From contig OZ237735.1 in the NCBI GenBank assembly GCA_965178125.1, positions 248,001 to 312,000 of the forward strand: 64,000 bases of DNA. The letters run 5' to 3'. The notes below the pieces were generated by a model. It was given only the letters and a program-made list of their open reading frames with translations, searched no databases and was not told the origin of the DNA. Origin of the DNA: Bilabrum cf. latius. Lineage: Eukaryota. Both the position numbers and the translations under genes were made by a program. Positions 9,118 to 21,400 of the stretch are shown here, piece by piece (positions within the stretch are counted from its first letter, which is position 1; the number at the start of each line of letters is the position of its first letter).

Positions 9118-12100
9118 ATGTCTGTGCCTTCGCTGACTGCGGCGGTCCTGGAGGAGGCCACGGGCGAGACGCGCCTGGGCAGCTTACGAGACGCAGAGAT
9201 TATTTTCACCAACGTTCAAACGCTGGCCGGCGGCGGCCTCGATTCGTGCACCTCGCTTTCGAGCCTCACGCGTGAGTTCTCTTAGCATTCTTCGGACCGA
9301 GCGCCCCATTCCTAGCCGCGCGTACGAGCGGTGCCCCTCGGCGCGCCGCCCCGACCTTTTTTTGGGATCGCGAGGACTAGCTAGCTCGAGCTCCTGGTAG
9401 CAGCTACGCAGGTCCCGCCGCCCGCCGGATTCGTTCTTTCGTACAAGCACAGCACACAGCCATGCGCGCACGTCCTCGTCGAACCGCCTCCCGTGTCCGT
9501 GCGCGCGCACCTCTCTTTCGCTCGCAGTCATCGACACCGGGCTCCAGTCGCCGCTGTGCCGAGGCCCCGAGCTGTCCGGGGTGTCCGCGACGCTCGCCAG
9601 GCTCTGCATCACGGAGCAAACGTCGCTCAAGCGGCTCGGGTCGCTCCGGCTGCCGGCCCTGCGAGACCTCTTGCTGCACTCGAACGGCCTGGAATCGCTC
9701 GAGGGCCTCGAGGGCTGCCCGCGCATCCAGCGCCTGTGGGTGTGGGGCAACCGGCTGCGCAGCCTCTCGGGCCTGCACGCGCAAGCAGACCTGCGAGAGC
9801 TCTGGGCGCAGGACAACCGCCTCGAGCGCGTGGCCGGGGTGGAGCACCTCGTGTCCCTGCAGGTCCTGGACGTCGCGGGGAACCCCGTGGCGAACCTTCG
9901 CGACGTGCAGAAGCTCGCGCACCTGCCCCGGCTCCGCTCCGTCTCCTTCTCGGACCCCCACTTCGGGTCCTGCCCCGTCGTGAGGGCGGCGGGCTACCGG
10001 CAGTTCGTGCTCGCGTCGCTGCCGGCTCTCACGCACCTGGACGGGCGGACGGTCGGCCCCCAGGACAGGGACGGCGCAGACGAGGCCTTCTTGCGGCAGG
10101 CGGAGGAGTTCGAGGCGGCCAGGGAACAGAGGGAGGGGGCCTTCGACGAGGTGCTGGACCGCCTCGCGGCGCGGGCGGGCTCCGCGGCGGACGCGGAGGC
10201 GGCGGCGGGGGAGGAGCTGGCCGCGCTGGTGCGGGGCCTCGAGGGGACGGTGCGCAGGGGCAGGGCGGCGGTGGAGGCGGAGGGCGCGCGGGTGGTGCGC
10301 GTGCAGGCCGAGGCGAGGCGCGAGCTGGAGCGGAGCGCGGGGGCCATCGAGGGCATGAGGGCGGACTGGGTGCGGAGGGCCGAGGCGGCGGGGGAACAAG
10401 CCCTGGCCGGGGAGAGGGAGGCGCTGGGGTGGTGCGAGGTGGAGGACGCGTGCCTGCGGGCGTTCGAGAGGGCCTTTGTCTCCTCCGCGGAGGAGGGGGA
10501 GGGGGAGGAGGACGAGGAGCAGGGTGGTGCAGGGGCACGAGCAGACGGGGGGCAGGGCGGGGCGGCGCTCTCGAGGCAGGGCAGGAAGAGGGGGGGAGGG
10601 AGCAGCAAGAAGGCAGCGGGCGGTGGAGAGGGAGAGGGCGAGGGCGGCTCTTCCTCGCGGGCGGGTGCCGCTGCTGCTGCTCCTGCTACTGACGCCGCGA
10701 GAGACCGAAGCAGGGGTGAAGGACAAGACGGGGAAGGCAGCTACTCCGAAGACGAAGGGTGGGCAGAGGACGATGAAGATGAAGATGAGGAACAGGGCAG
10801 AGGACGAGGAGGAGCCGTGCCCGGTGGGGGCGGCCGGTTCGTCCTCCCGTCGCTTCCGCTGCTCGTGGCACAGCTGCCCCCGCACGCGCCCGACGCCAAG
10901 GCCGTCCTCGCAGAGGCAAGGACGGCCTGCGCGGCCGGCGCAGCGGACCTGCTGCGGTGCGGAAGGTGCCACTCGCCCGTGGCAGAGGCCGCGCTCGAGG
11001 CGGTGGCATCAGCGCGGGCGGCGGCCGAGGAGGACGAGGGCGTGCGACCAGTGGAGGTGCCGGCCGCTGCGTTTGGGAGTATGAGTGGGCCGGGGGGAGG
11101 GGCGGGATGGGCGGCGCCGCGGTTGTGGGTCCGCGGGTCGGCGGGGTTGGAGCGCGTGCCGCGAGAGGGCTGGCTCGTGGGGGCGCCGGCAGCGGTGGCG
11201 TCAGTGCTCAGGATCGGAGCCGGTGGCGGAGCTGGCGGCGCCTTGCGGGGAGGAGAACCGGCGGGCGATCGCGGCAAGGGCTGGTCGGGAGGGGCCGTCT
11301 TTGCGCCCACTCTAGAGGTGGCGCTAGAGGCGGCGCGGGAGGCCGGGGCTGGCCTCCGCTGCGCGAGCAGGCCAAGCCCTGCTGCTGCCACCGCGGTAGC
11401 CGCCGGCCGTGTGCAGAGCGCGCTCGCAGCGTGTGCCTGCAGGTGCGAGGTCCTGGGCCTGCTCGCTGATGGCGGTGCAGCAGCAGAGTCGCCGATTGCG
11501 CAGCCGTCATCGACCGGAGCACCGGGGCTTCCGGCAGCGCCTGGTTTTTCTTCGTCCCCGGCCGGTGCTGCGGAGGGGCGGCGAGGGCCGGGTGCCGCGC
11601 TCGCTGGCGGGCTGCGGTGGCTGCAGTCGTCCGGCGGCGGCAACGCTGCCCTGGTGCCGCTGGACGGAACAGGCTCGCACGGCATCGCGTTCCGGGGCGC
11701 TACGACAGACACCAGTAGGTCGGCTGCGTCGTTGCTGCTGCTGCTGCTGCCGGACGCGATCGCCACCCTCGCGGTCAGGCTGCCGGGCCCCGCGGCGCCC
11801 GAGGTGCCTCGGCTGGCCGACATGCGCGCGCGAGCAGAGCAGGCGGCCGGTGCGCCGCTGCTGCTGCCGCCGCCGTCGTCGTCGATTTCGACCCAGGGGT
11901 CGAACTCTCGGGCGGAGGGTGACGAGACCGGCATTCCTGCTTCGTTCGCGGGCATGTTTGCAGAGGCGGAGCTGGCCGCCATGCAGCAGGCATGCAGCCG
12001 GCGGGAGTGCTCGGACGGGGGGGCTGCGGTGTGCGAGGCGGCGGAGGCCGCGGTGGCCGCCACGCGGAGGGACTACGCCATCGCGGTGCTGCACGGGGTG

Positions 12101-12313
12101 GCGGCCCCGCTCGCGCAGTCGATCGGCAAGGCCAGGGCGAGGGCGGGCAGGTCAAGGGCGGAGGTGGAGCGGGCCATGGAGGCCGCAACAGCAGAGCGGG
12201 CCCTGCAGCAAGCGCTGGTGACGGCGCTGCAGGTGGAGGACGCGCCAGTGTCGCGGGTGCTGCCGGCGCGGCTTGCTCCCGTGGGGCTCGGAGGTACAGC
12301 GGAGGAGCACTGA
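9118..12313 (+). CDS. Leucine-rich repeat protein resembling the LRRC9 N-terminal region; exons 9118-9271 and 9528-12313; ~979 aa
   Basis: SDS22-type LRRs (LRDLLLHSNGLESLEGL, LRELWAQDNRLERVAGV), LRR cap FSDPHFGSCPV..YRQFVLASLPALTHLDG, then coiled-coil. GTGAGT..TCGCAG intron in phase, TGA stop. Confidence 0.75.
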
Positions 12314-12459
12314 AGGGCAGACTGTCGTATGGAGTACTCGCTTGTTTGGCAAAAGTAATTCATGTTGTGGCACAAAGTACAGTTCGTAACGTCTTCTTGT
12401 ATGAGCTTGAGTCTACGATAAAAGTATGCTACAGACTGTGGGCAGCAACCTGCACCGCG

Positions 12460-15400
12460 TCACTCAGAATCCGAGAAGCCGCCAGGGCTAGTCGAGCGAG
12501 AGCTGGATTTGCTCGGCGCTGCCACACCCGTGCTGCCAGGCTGCCTGGCCTTCACCGCCTGGAACCTTGCCATGATCTGCTATTGGAACGACGACCCTCT
12601 CGATGCCTTGGGTACCCGCTTGCGCCTTTTCGTACCCTAGTCTGCTGCGGGTGCGGCCTCCGCCGCCTCGGCCTTGCGCCTTGCGTCCAGCGCAGCTTCT
12701 GCCTCGGACAGCTGCGACCCAAGTCGGAGCTGCCGAGCTCGCTTGCGGAGCAGAGACAGGCACGAGCTGTGCGCGCGGAGTAAGGCAGCGCATAGCCGGG
12801 CAGCGCGTTCCGAGGCCGCGTGGATGTCTCCAGGTGCCGCCGCCCCGCCCGACCCACTGCTAGACGACGCGGCCCCGTGCCCGCCGCCCTGCACGAGGTG
12901 CATGCACCGGTCGAGGCCGGTCTGCATCATGCGGTACTGCTGCTCGGCACTATGCCGCACCCGATCAAGGGCGCCCACACCTTCTCTGAACGCTGCGATG
13001 GCGCCGTCGGGAGTTTCGATCCCGGTACCGGGAGGCATGACGCAGACAGCCGCTGCCTCGTCCTCGCCCGGCGCATCGTCCCGCGCGGCCTTCACGCTGG
13101 CCTCAAGCCAGCGCAAAGGATCGTCGGCACGGCTGCTGCCAGTTGCTGACCGCAGGCGCGCAGTCCCCGCCAAGTCTTCGAACGCCTCGTGGCCGGCGCG
13201 CACGCTCGACTCGACGGCCATGAGCGTCGTGAGCACCGAGCTGCCCCACTCACTTTCGTCGGGGATGGCTCGAACCGCGGCTTCCACAGGACTGGCGTCC
13301 CCTTCCGGCAGGAGCGCATCTGCCAACGCCCCTGCGCGAGCGACAGCCCCGTGCAGATCCTCGTCACCGTCCAGCTGCAGGGTATGCGAGACGTACCGCG
13401 AAAGCTCGCCGAAGGAGGATGCACTCGTGGACCGTTCCAGCGTCTCGGCCACGGACTGCACGGCAGCCACGCCCGTGCGAACGCAGCTAAGCATGGCAAG
13501 CATCTCGATTGAACGCTGCATGCGGCTGAGCAGCCGACTGAACCGGCCGGCGCCGAGCGACACGGCACCCAGGATCAGAGTCCGCACCGGTGGGTTGACT
13601 CCTGCGAGCAGCGCTCCGGCAGCTCCCTTCGATCCTCCCTCGGTGGAGCCCGCAACTCGCAGGACGGCCTCGGTGAGTGCGTCGGCGAGGGCCGCGGGCG
13701 GCAGGGCTCGTCGGGCGGCCTCGATGGAGCCGATCGCCAGCGCGCGGACCTCTTCCGGGGTCTTGCGCGAGCGGGACACCACCTGCACCTGGTCGGCTCC
13801 CGAGGAGCTCCCACCGCCCGTGGACGCGCCGGCGCCGGCGACACCTTCGCGCGATTTGCCAAAACCTGCGGACAGCCTCATCAGCTCCAAGAAGCGCCCG
13901 GTGACCAGGTCGCGCACGAAGTGGCTCAGGAACGGGTCAAGTTTCCTCCCGGGCTTCGCGGCCGCACTCGACGGCGGCCCGCCCGTGCCCGCACCAGAAC
14001 TCGGCCCTCCCCGCGCGGCGCTCGCATCGACGAATTCTGGCACCTCGAAGTGCTTGCAGGCCCCGACCGCCGCCCTCGCCTTGGTCTTGGCCGCCTTGGC
14101 GCCCAGCTCTGCATCCATCCCGCCTCGGTTGGACATGATATGCCGCTCGATTGACCCGACGGCGTGCTGCAGCTGCGACTTGGGCGTAGCGGGGGCAGTC
14201 GGGGCGCCGCGGCTGCGAGCCGCTTTCCCCGCCTGCCTCTGCACTTCATCCAGCAGCGACGGAGCCTTCCTACGGGGTCCTGCTGAGGGACCCGAGGGAG
14301 GTCTTCCGGGCCTGCCTGGTCTTCCGGGTCTGCCAGGTCTGCCCGGCCTTCCCGGCCTGCCAGGGACTCTGGGTCTGCCGGGCCTTGGTTGGGAAGGAGT
14401 TGCCCCTGCAGCCGGGCCACTGGGTCGTGGACCTGGTCGTGGCCTGGGTCTTGGTCGAGCCAATGTTGACGCTAGTGCAGGAGCTGGTGCAGGTGCTGGT
14501 GCAGGTGCAGGTGCTGGTGCAGGTGCAGGTGCAGGTGCAGGAGCTGGTGCAGGTGCAGGTGTCGCACCTCGATTATCGTCTCCAGTGCTCAGACCCCCGA
14601 GGCCAGATACACTGCTCGTGTAGCCCCCCAATGAGCCCTGTGGGTCGCTTGCCCAATCTGCAGCAGAACCGGGCCCTGCAACCACCCCTGCATCAGGCAT
14701 GTCGGGCCCAGGGGGCGCGGTGGCCCCATAGAAAGCTGGTGCCGGCGGATGGGCAGGGGCAGGGGCTGTTGCTGGTGCTGGTGCATGTCCCTCTGTGCCT
14801 GTGAATGATGCAGTTGCTGGTGCTGGTGCTGGTGCTGGTGCTGGTGCTGGTGCTGGTGCTGGTGCTGGTGCTGGTGCAGTCGCTGGTGCTGGTGTCGCAC
14901 CTCGATTATAGTCTCCAGTGCTCAGACCCCCGAGGCCAGATACACTGCTCGTATAGCCTCCCAATGAGCCCTGTGGGTCGCTTGCCCAACCTGCAGCAGA
15001 ACCGGGCCCAGCAACCACCCCTGCATCGGGCATATCGGGTCCAGGGGGCCCACGACTAGAACCATCCAACTGTGACGAGCCTGGTCCGGCTTGGCCGTCA
15101 GCTCCGTGCTCGGCGGCAAAGCCGGTTGCAGGCAAGGCGCTGCCCCACGGAGGAGGGACGGCTGACCCGCCCTGCCCCTAGAGCGCGGGTACGCCCCAAC
15201 CACCTCGATCACTAGGAGGAGCGCGTCGCACGATGGAGAGGAATGTCAGCGCGTCGCTCTCCTGCGTGCGCACGAGCGCTGGGACCTGCCTCTCCTCTGG
15301 AGATGGCATCGTCACCGACTCCTGCTTTCCAGCCTTACGTTCTAGATCGACGGCGATAATATCACTGGTCTGCACGATCACGTATTCGTTCGGGTTGCTC

Positions 15401-18400
15401 ACGCCTTGGCCCGGCATGCACTGTTCCAGATAGGTTGGGGTGTGGCGGCCTCGGCCTCCCATGCAGTAGCACACGCAGTACCAGGACTCTCTGCTCGGAA
15501 GTCGAGCAGTCCCGGAGAGCCTGGCCTCTTCGCTGCTTTGCAACGAGAAGCTGTACGCTCCAAGCCCGTGCACCTGCGACTCGCAGTAGTAGTACGACGG
15601 ATCTCGCAGGTTCACCACCCTAATGGAGCCGGTGCTCTGCGCGTACTGCGCCACCGCTAGAAAGTCGCCGCGTGATGATGGTGACTCTCGCTTCGATGCC
15701 TCGCCCGCCCCCGCTCCGGATGCGGCACCGTGCGGTTCGCCCTCACCGCCCATGCTAGGATCCCCGTATCGCGAAGCCGGCAGTGCCGTGATTTCCACCG
15801 TGGCACTGGCTTTCATGCTCGATTGCTTCGCCTTGACACTGGATGCAGCGGATGCAGCCTGCTCACTTTGGCGCTCACCAGACTCCTCCGCATTTTTGGG
15901 CGGATCTTTGTCGAGTGCGGCGTTGGTGACCGCCATGGGACTGAACTCGGGCCCCTGGACGTGGAAGGGCGCTGACCACGCCATTCGAACCATCTGCGCC
16001 GGCGCGCTCGAAGGCTCGGATGCGTGCGTGGGGTAGCCCCAGTATTCGAAGCGCCAGATCCCGGGCAGACTGGGGGCCTTGCCCTCACCTTCGAACGTGA
16101 CGCGCTGCACGGCACCCCCACCTCTCTGCTATCGATTGACAACGCGTAATCTACCGCCGGACACGGACACAGACTTCGCGTCGTGCGCCTGCCGCAGCCG
16201 TCCAGGCACAAGGCTCTCGTACCTGGGCACCAGGCTGGTTCGCAGCTCGGCCTGCTGTCCCGTTGAAGTACCGCCGTACGACCTCTAGCCTGGCTAGCCG
16301 TTTGCGGCAGCAGTAGCGGGGGGCAGGTCGGTGCTCTCCTTTGCCCTCGGGTCCATCCACCTCTGCCACTCCGTCTCTCGCATGGATGCAGTCCTCGCCT
16401 GGGAGGATGATGCCTTGGGACCGACCTGGCTGGGATCGAGCACGTCGGATACACTGAGCTGAACCCGGTTGCCTTCTCTCGCAGCATGGACCACTCCATG
16501 ATCTGCAATGACACGAAATTTGCTGGACTCTGCCACGCGCACTAACCTCACCTCGTCACGCCGCCCCTCATCCCTCGGTTGCACAACAGCAGAAGCAGTC
16601 CCAGGCGCATACCCCTGGGTTGGGGGACTCGACTTGGACATTAGGGCATGCGCCGACGTCCAAACCGTGGCCTGCACATCCTCGGTCCACATCAACCGCT
16701 GCAATTGCGGCTGCATGGCTGCAATCGTCTGCGCGTCGTGCTCGGAGCGCCGCCGCTCATCGTCCTGTTCATAGACGTCAAGTGGCAGCTGTGGGCGTAC
16801 AACTGGAGGAGGTTTCTCCTGGCCAGCAGCTCCGCCTCCACGCTGTTTCTTCGCACCCGCGCCCGCACTCCCCCCCCCGTGTGGCATGCGGGCGTGCAGC
16901 CTCAGGTAGGGGCCCAGCACAACAAAGGGCAGACTCAGCTGCTGCACCTCGGCACCAAAATTATCCGTGTGAAGGTAGCCGATCATGCGCCGCTCAACAG
17001 CGTATCCAAGCCTGTAAATGCCAGGCAGGGGAGGGGCCAGCAAACCGCCAAGCTGCCCCTTCACCTCGCCAAGGCGGGCCAAGGCGGCAACTTCCGCGGC
17101 GCGGTCGTGCATGGACCCGGGATCGATCGGACTGATCGGATCTGCACGCTGTCTAAACACGGTGCCGACGCTGTCCATGCTGGCTGCGCCGGTGTGCACG
17201 GTCATGACCCAGGACTGCCCTGCCTTCCTGTCGATCGACGCTCCCTGCTCCTGCGTCGCGCCAGCACCATCGTCTGGAGCGCTCGACGGTCGCGGCGCTC
17301 TGGAGAGCTGCACCGCATGCGGGCTGAAGCTGCTGGAGCCGTCTGTGCGAGGCAAGCCAGCCGACCGCGCGAAGCTGCCGACGGTTGCCTGGCATACCAC
17401 CTCGAGACGACTGGCAGCGCCTAGCTCATCTGCACGATCGTGCACGTCGTCGCTGTCGGGCAAGAGATTGTACGCAGATCTAGCAGCCCGAATCAGCTGG
17501 AATACATCCGCGGTGAGGTTTTGGCTACCCTCGAGCGAAGTGAAGGGCGATGCATACCTGTCCGTCGCTGCGGCATCTGTCCACACGGCGAGTCGTCGAG
17601 CCGCCTCTGCAGACACATAGGCAGCCTCCGGGCCTGCTACTCGGTACAGCCTAATCAAGTGCCGCTCCTCCACCCCAGTCGCAGGGTCCTGCACCCACCC
17701 GCTCGCTTGCTCCAGTCGGTCCGAGGGGCAGTACACCGTGCTCCCGGGCGCCAGCGGGGCGCATCGCAGCCGAAAGGAAACTGGCTCACCGAACAGGGTG
17801 GCGGTGCCTACTGCCTGCGCCACGTCAAGAGCTGCTTCCATGTGGAATTTGGTCCGGACTGCGGGGATTTCCTCGGGAATGCTGGGGTCGGGCGGCGGGA
17901 GGCACGCGAGGCCCCCCGTGGGCCGGAGCACCGGCGGCACCACAGACACGACCGTGGAGCGAGCCAGGCTAACGCTGTGCTGCCGGCCACGGTCACCCTC
18001 GCACGTGCACACGTACATGGCCAGGTAGAGACCGGGCTCTTGAACGGCGGCTCCCGGAAAGGTCACCCACCCCGTCCCATCGGGCCGCAGCACCGCGGCC
18101 CGCGGATCGAAGGCCTCTCTCGCCAGCTACTCCGCTGCGGTTCTCCGAGGCAGCTGGTAAGCCGCGGGGCCAGCGTCCTCCGGCAAGGATGAGGCTTCGC
18201 CCCACTCCTGGTCGTGGTCGTGCTCGGCGGCACTCGCGGGCGGCGCGCTGGGGTCCCCATCGTGCAATGCACCCCCGCGGCTGCTCAACCTCCACTGCTC
18301 CCAGGTGTCGCGTTGGCTCCCGCGGGAGCTCTCTCTCGACCCCGCCTAATCCGCGCGCTGCACGTCCTCCTCCTGCACAGATGGCAGGCGCACCTCGGCC

Positions 18401-21400
18401 ACGATCGACGAGGCGCCCAGGGCATCACTGGAAGCAAGCGCCTGGCTCCAGTGGCCCGATGCCTTGCTGTCCACGGCGCGGTCCTCGTCGAAATCGAAGG
18501 ACGCCGGCAGCAGCAGCGGGGGGGAGGTCTCGCTGGACAGGCAGTCGTGAGTGTTGTCTTCCACCCTAGTGAGGGGAGCGCCCGCTGGCGAACCCGCTCC
18601 CCGCATCAAGGCATCGAGCCGCTCCTTCGTGCCCCTGCCCAGCCGGGCCTCGCGCTGCGAGACGCGCTTTAGGCATGCTTCGGTGCGCACGGCAGCGCGG
18701 TCGTGATGCGCCACCTCCTCGGGCTGCACGGCCCTGTCACTCACCTGGAAGTGGCTGCCACGGAGACGCACGAGGACCACTCTGTCAGCGTCGGCGGGGG
18801 GCAGCGATGCGCCCGCCCCGCCTGCAGGGCCGGCTGCCGCGGGCCCCTCCGGCACGCTGGTGGAGAACCACACGCGGACCGGGGCCCCTGCCCAGTGCCG
18901 CGACACCGGCTCGGGCTGCGTGGGATCCGCGCTCGCAGCGGTCAGGCCGGCGGCGAGTTTCGTCGCCCCGTGGTGGTGCGCCAGCTGCGGCGGGGGCTGG
19001 TCCTACAGGCTCCCCCCGCGCGCCGCCCCGGGGAGGGCGCGCAGCGGCCCCTCCAGTGAGAGCCTGGGGCCCGTCGCGAGGACGGGGCGGATCAGCGTGC
19101 CGTGCGCATCCCTCCAGCCCTGCAACACCCTGTCGATGTTCTCCAGCCTGTAGTGCTTCTTGAGGAACTGCTTGTCCTGTGCGCTGACGGGCTCGCCGAA
19201 GCGGCTCAGGCGGCCCTCGTGCAGCGTGTACCGGACGTGGTACGCACCCGGCAGCGGCGGACGGAACCACGGTTCCTGCTTTCGTCGGAGGCCCCTTCCA
19301 ATCGTCATGAAGCCCCCGCTCTCCTCCAGCAGCGCGTAGCTCCTCTCACCAGCTGGCTGCAGCGCTGCAACACAGTCAGCGATTGCGCGCCGGGCCGTGC
19401 GATCGGCGTCTGTTCGGGCGTTGGAGTCGGCACCGGGCAGCAGGGGTAGCTCCTCGAGGTGGCTGCTGCCCACGGAGCTGGGGCTCCCGCCGCGTCCGAC
19501 CCACGCTGGCTCGAGAGCAACAGCGTCTCGCCGCAGGTGGTCGGGTCCCCTCGCCGCGCGGGTGCGCGCACCGACAAACACGCGCGATCTCCAGGGAACA
19601 ACGAGTGGTCGGCACTCGGAGCCGTGCAAGGCCGGCAGCACCTGCCCTCGCTTCGCCACGGGGGGCTCCCCCAGCGCCCTCCGCACGTCCTCGGGCAGCG
19701 CCACGAGCTGCCGCCGCCAGCCGCCCCCCTCCCAGGGTCTGGCCCGCCCCTCCACCTCCAAGTCACGCAGGGCCTGCGCCCTCTCGGAGTCACTGCGCCG
19801 CATGGCCTCGTGCCCGTACCTCCCTAGAGCAACGCGCGGGGGGTGCACCTCCAGCAGCATGCAATCAATCACCTCGGAGCGCTTGAGCAGGCCGTGCTGG
19901 GGGGGCAGCGCCGGCTCATCCTCCCCCTGCGTGGCTGTCGCCGTCTGATCGCGCACCGCGGGACGTCTAGGAACAACGGTGAAGCCACGAGGCTGGCCCC
20001 GCAGCTCACCGCCGGTCCCCGCCGGGATGCAGCCCATCCTGGCGGCGAGCCAGCCCAGCCCGCAGCAGCACCTCCTGTGCCACCGCTCGGCCTCGTTGCG
20101 CCTGGGCACTGCCCTCACCCACCTCACGACCATGAAGCCAGCCCTGGAGGCGCGGAGGAGCCGCTCGTGCACGTGGTGGCGATCCTTGTCCTTGTCGCTG
20201 TCGAAGCGCTTCATCTCCACGCGGGCGGTCTCGGCCAGCGTGGCGCTCGGAGTCGGCGGCAGCTGCCCGTCGCCTCCCGCGCGGATGCCGTTGTGCTCTC
20301 CGCCCGCCCGCAGCAGCAGGTGCACCTCATTCCTGGGGACGTGCCAGCACTCGAGCACGTCGTCGCCGTCCAGCTTCAGCGGCTCGCAGATCTTGCGCAC
20401 CTTCTCGGCGAGGTCCCCGGATAGCACCCTGCCCGCCCTGTCTGCCTCTCGCAGCGACCGCACAGCGGCCGCTGTCCAGCTGAGCGGGGGCGCTGCCTGC
20501 CCCACAGGTTCGGTGCCCGGCGCTGCGCCGCCGAAAGTATCATCGCCATCGCCGCCCCCGGTGCCATGGGTGTGCCCCTGGCCCACGCCGTGGCCTCCAC
20601 CCAGCCGCAGCTGCTCAGTGGGCGGCTTGTGGTACACGCCCACCCGGAGCGGCTGCTCCTGCCACACAGGCACGACGTCCACGCGCCGAATGCCCGAGGT
20701 CGCGCGGTGCGGACTCTTTGCAGATGCAGATGCAGATGCAGATGCAGACGCCAGCGAGCGTGCGGACGACAGCGCAGACTTTCCCTACTCCGACTCGCTG
20801 TCAAATCCTAGTTGGCTGCCACCGTCCTCGTCGTCGGCCGAGAGCCGCAGCAGCACGGCATTGGGGTTGTCGATGGGGATGCCGTCCGAGTACCTGTTGT
20901 CCAGATCTGCGTCTCGAGCCGGGGCGGATGCAGCGGCAGGAGCAGACCCCCCCGCCGCTTTGCGCCTAGAGGAGGTCCCGCCCGCAGTTCCCTTGCCGCG
21001 CTGCTGCTGCTGCTGCTTGTTCCCTCGACCATCCGCCGCGCCGGACTCCTGATACCCCCTGTCGTCGCTGTCCATCTCACCCCTGTCGCATAGCTCCCTC
21101 GGCAAGCCCGCGGTCGGGGGCGGCCCGTCCTCCCGTTCGTCCAGGAGCAGTGCCAGCCGCACCTGCCCGCGGGGGGCTGTCGGTGCTGCTGCCCTGGCCA
21201 GGTAGCGCTCGTCGGGGGCGCTCTGGTCCGAGTCTCGAGGGGTGCAGCGGGTGCAGCGGGCGCAGCAGCTGAACAAATCGCCCCAGAAATCCGCGTCGCA
21301 GCAGCAAGAGAGGACGAAGAGCACGGCCATGAGAATCGAGAGGGTCACGAACGCGGCGGACTCCAAGGTCGACCACAGGCCTCCGGGCGCATCCTCGCCT

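Noticed and set aside
12674-14623. Long antisense or alternative-frame ORFs (e.g. 12674-14623 +, 9404-10972 -, 25511-27160 +, 1446-3116 +)
   Set aside because: Shadow ORFs expected in very GC-rich DNA. They overlap better supported genes and have no recognisable motifs.
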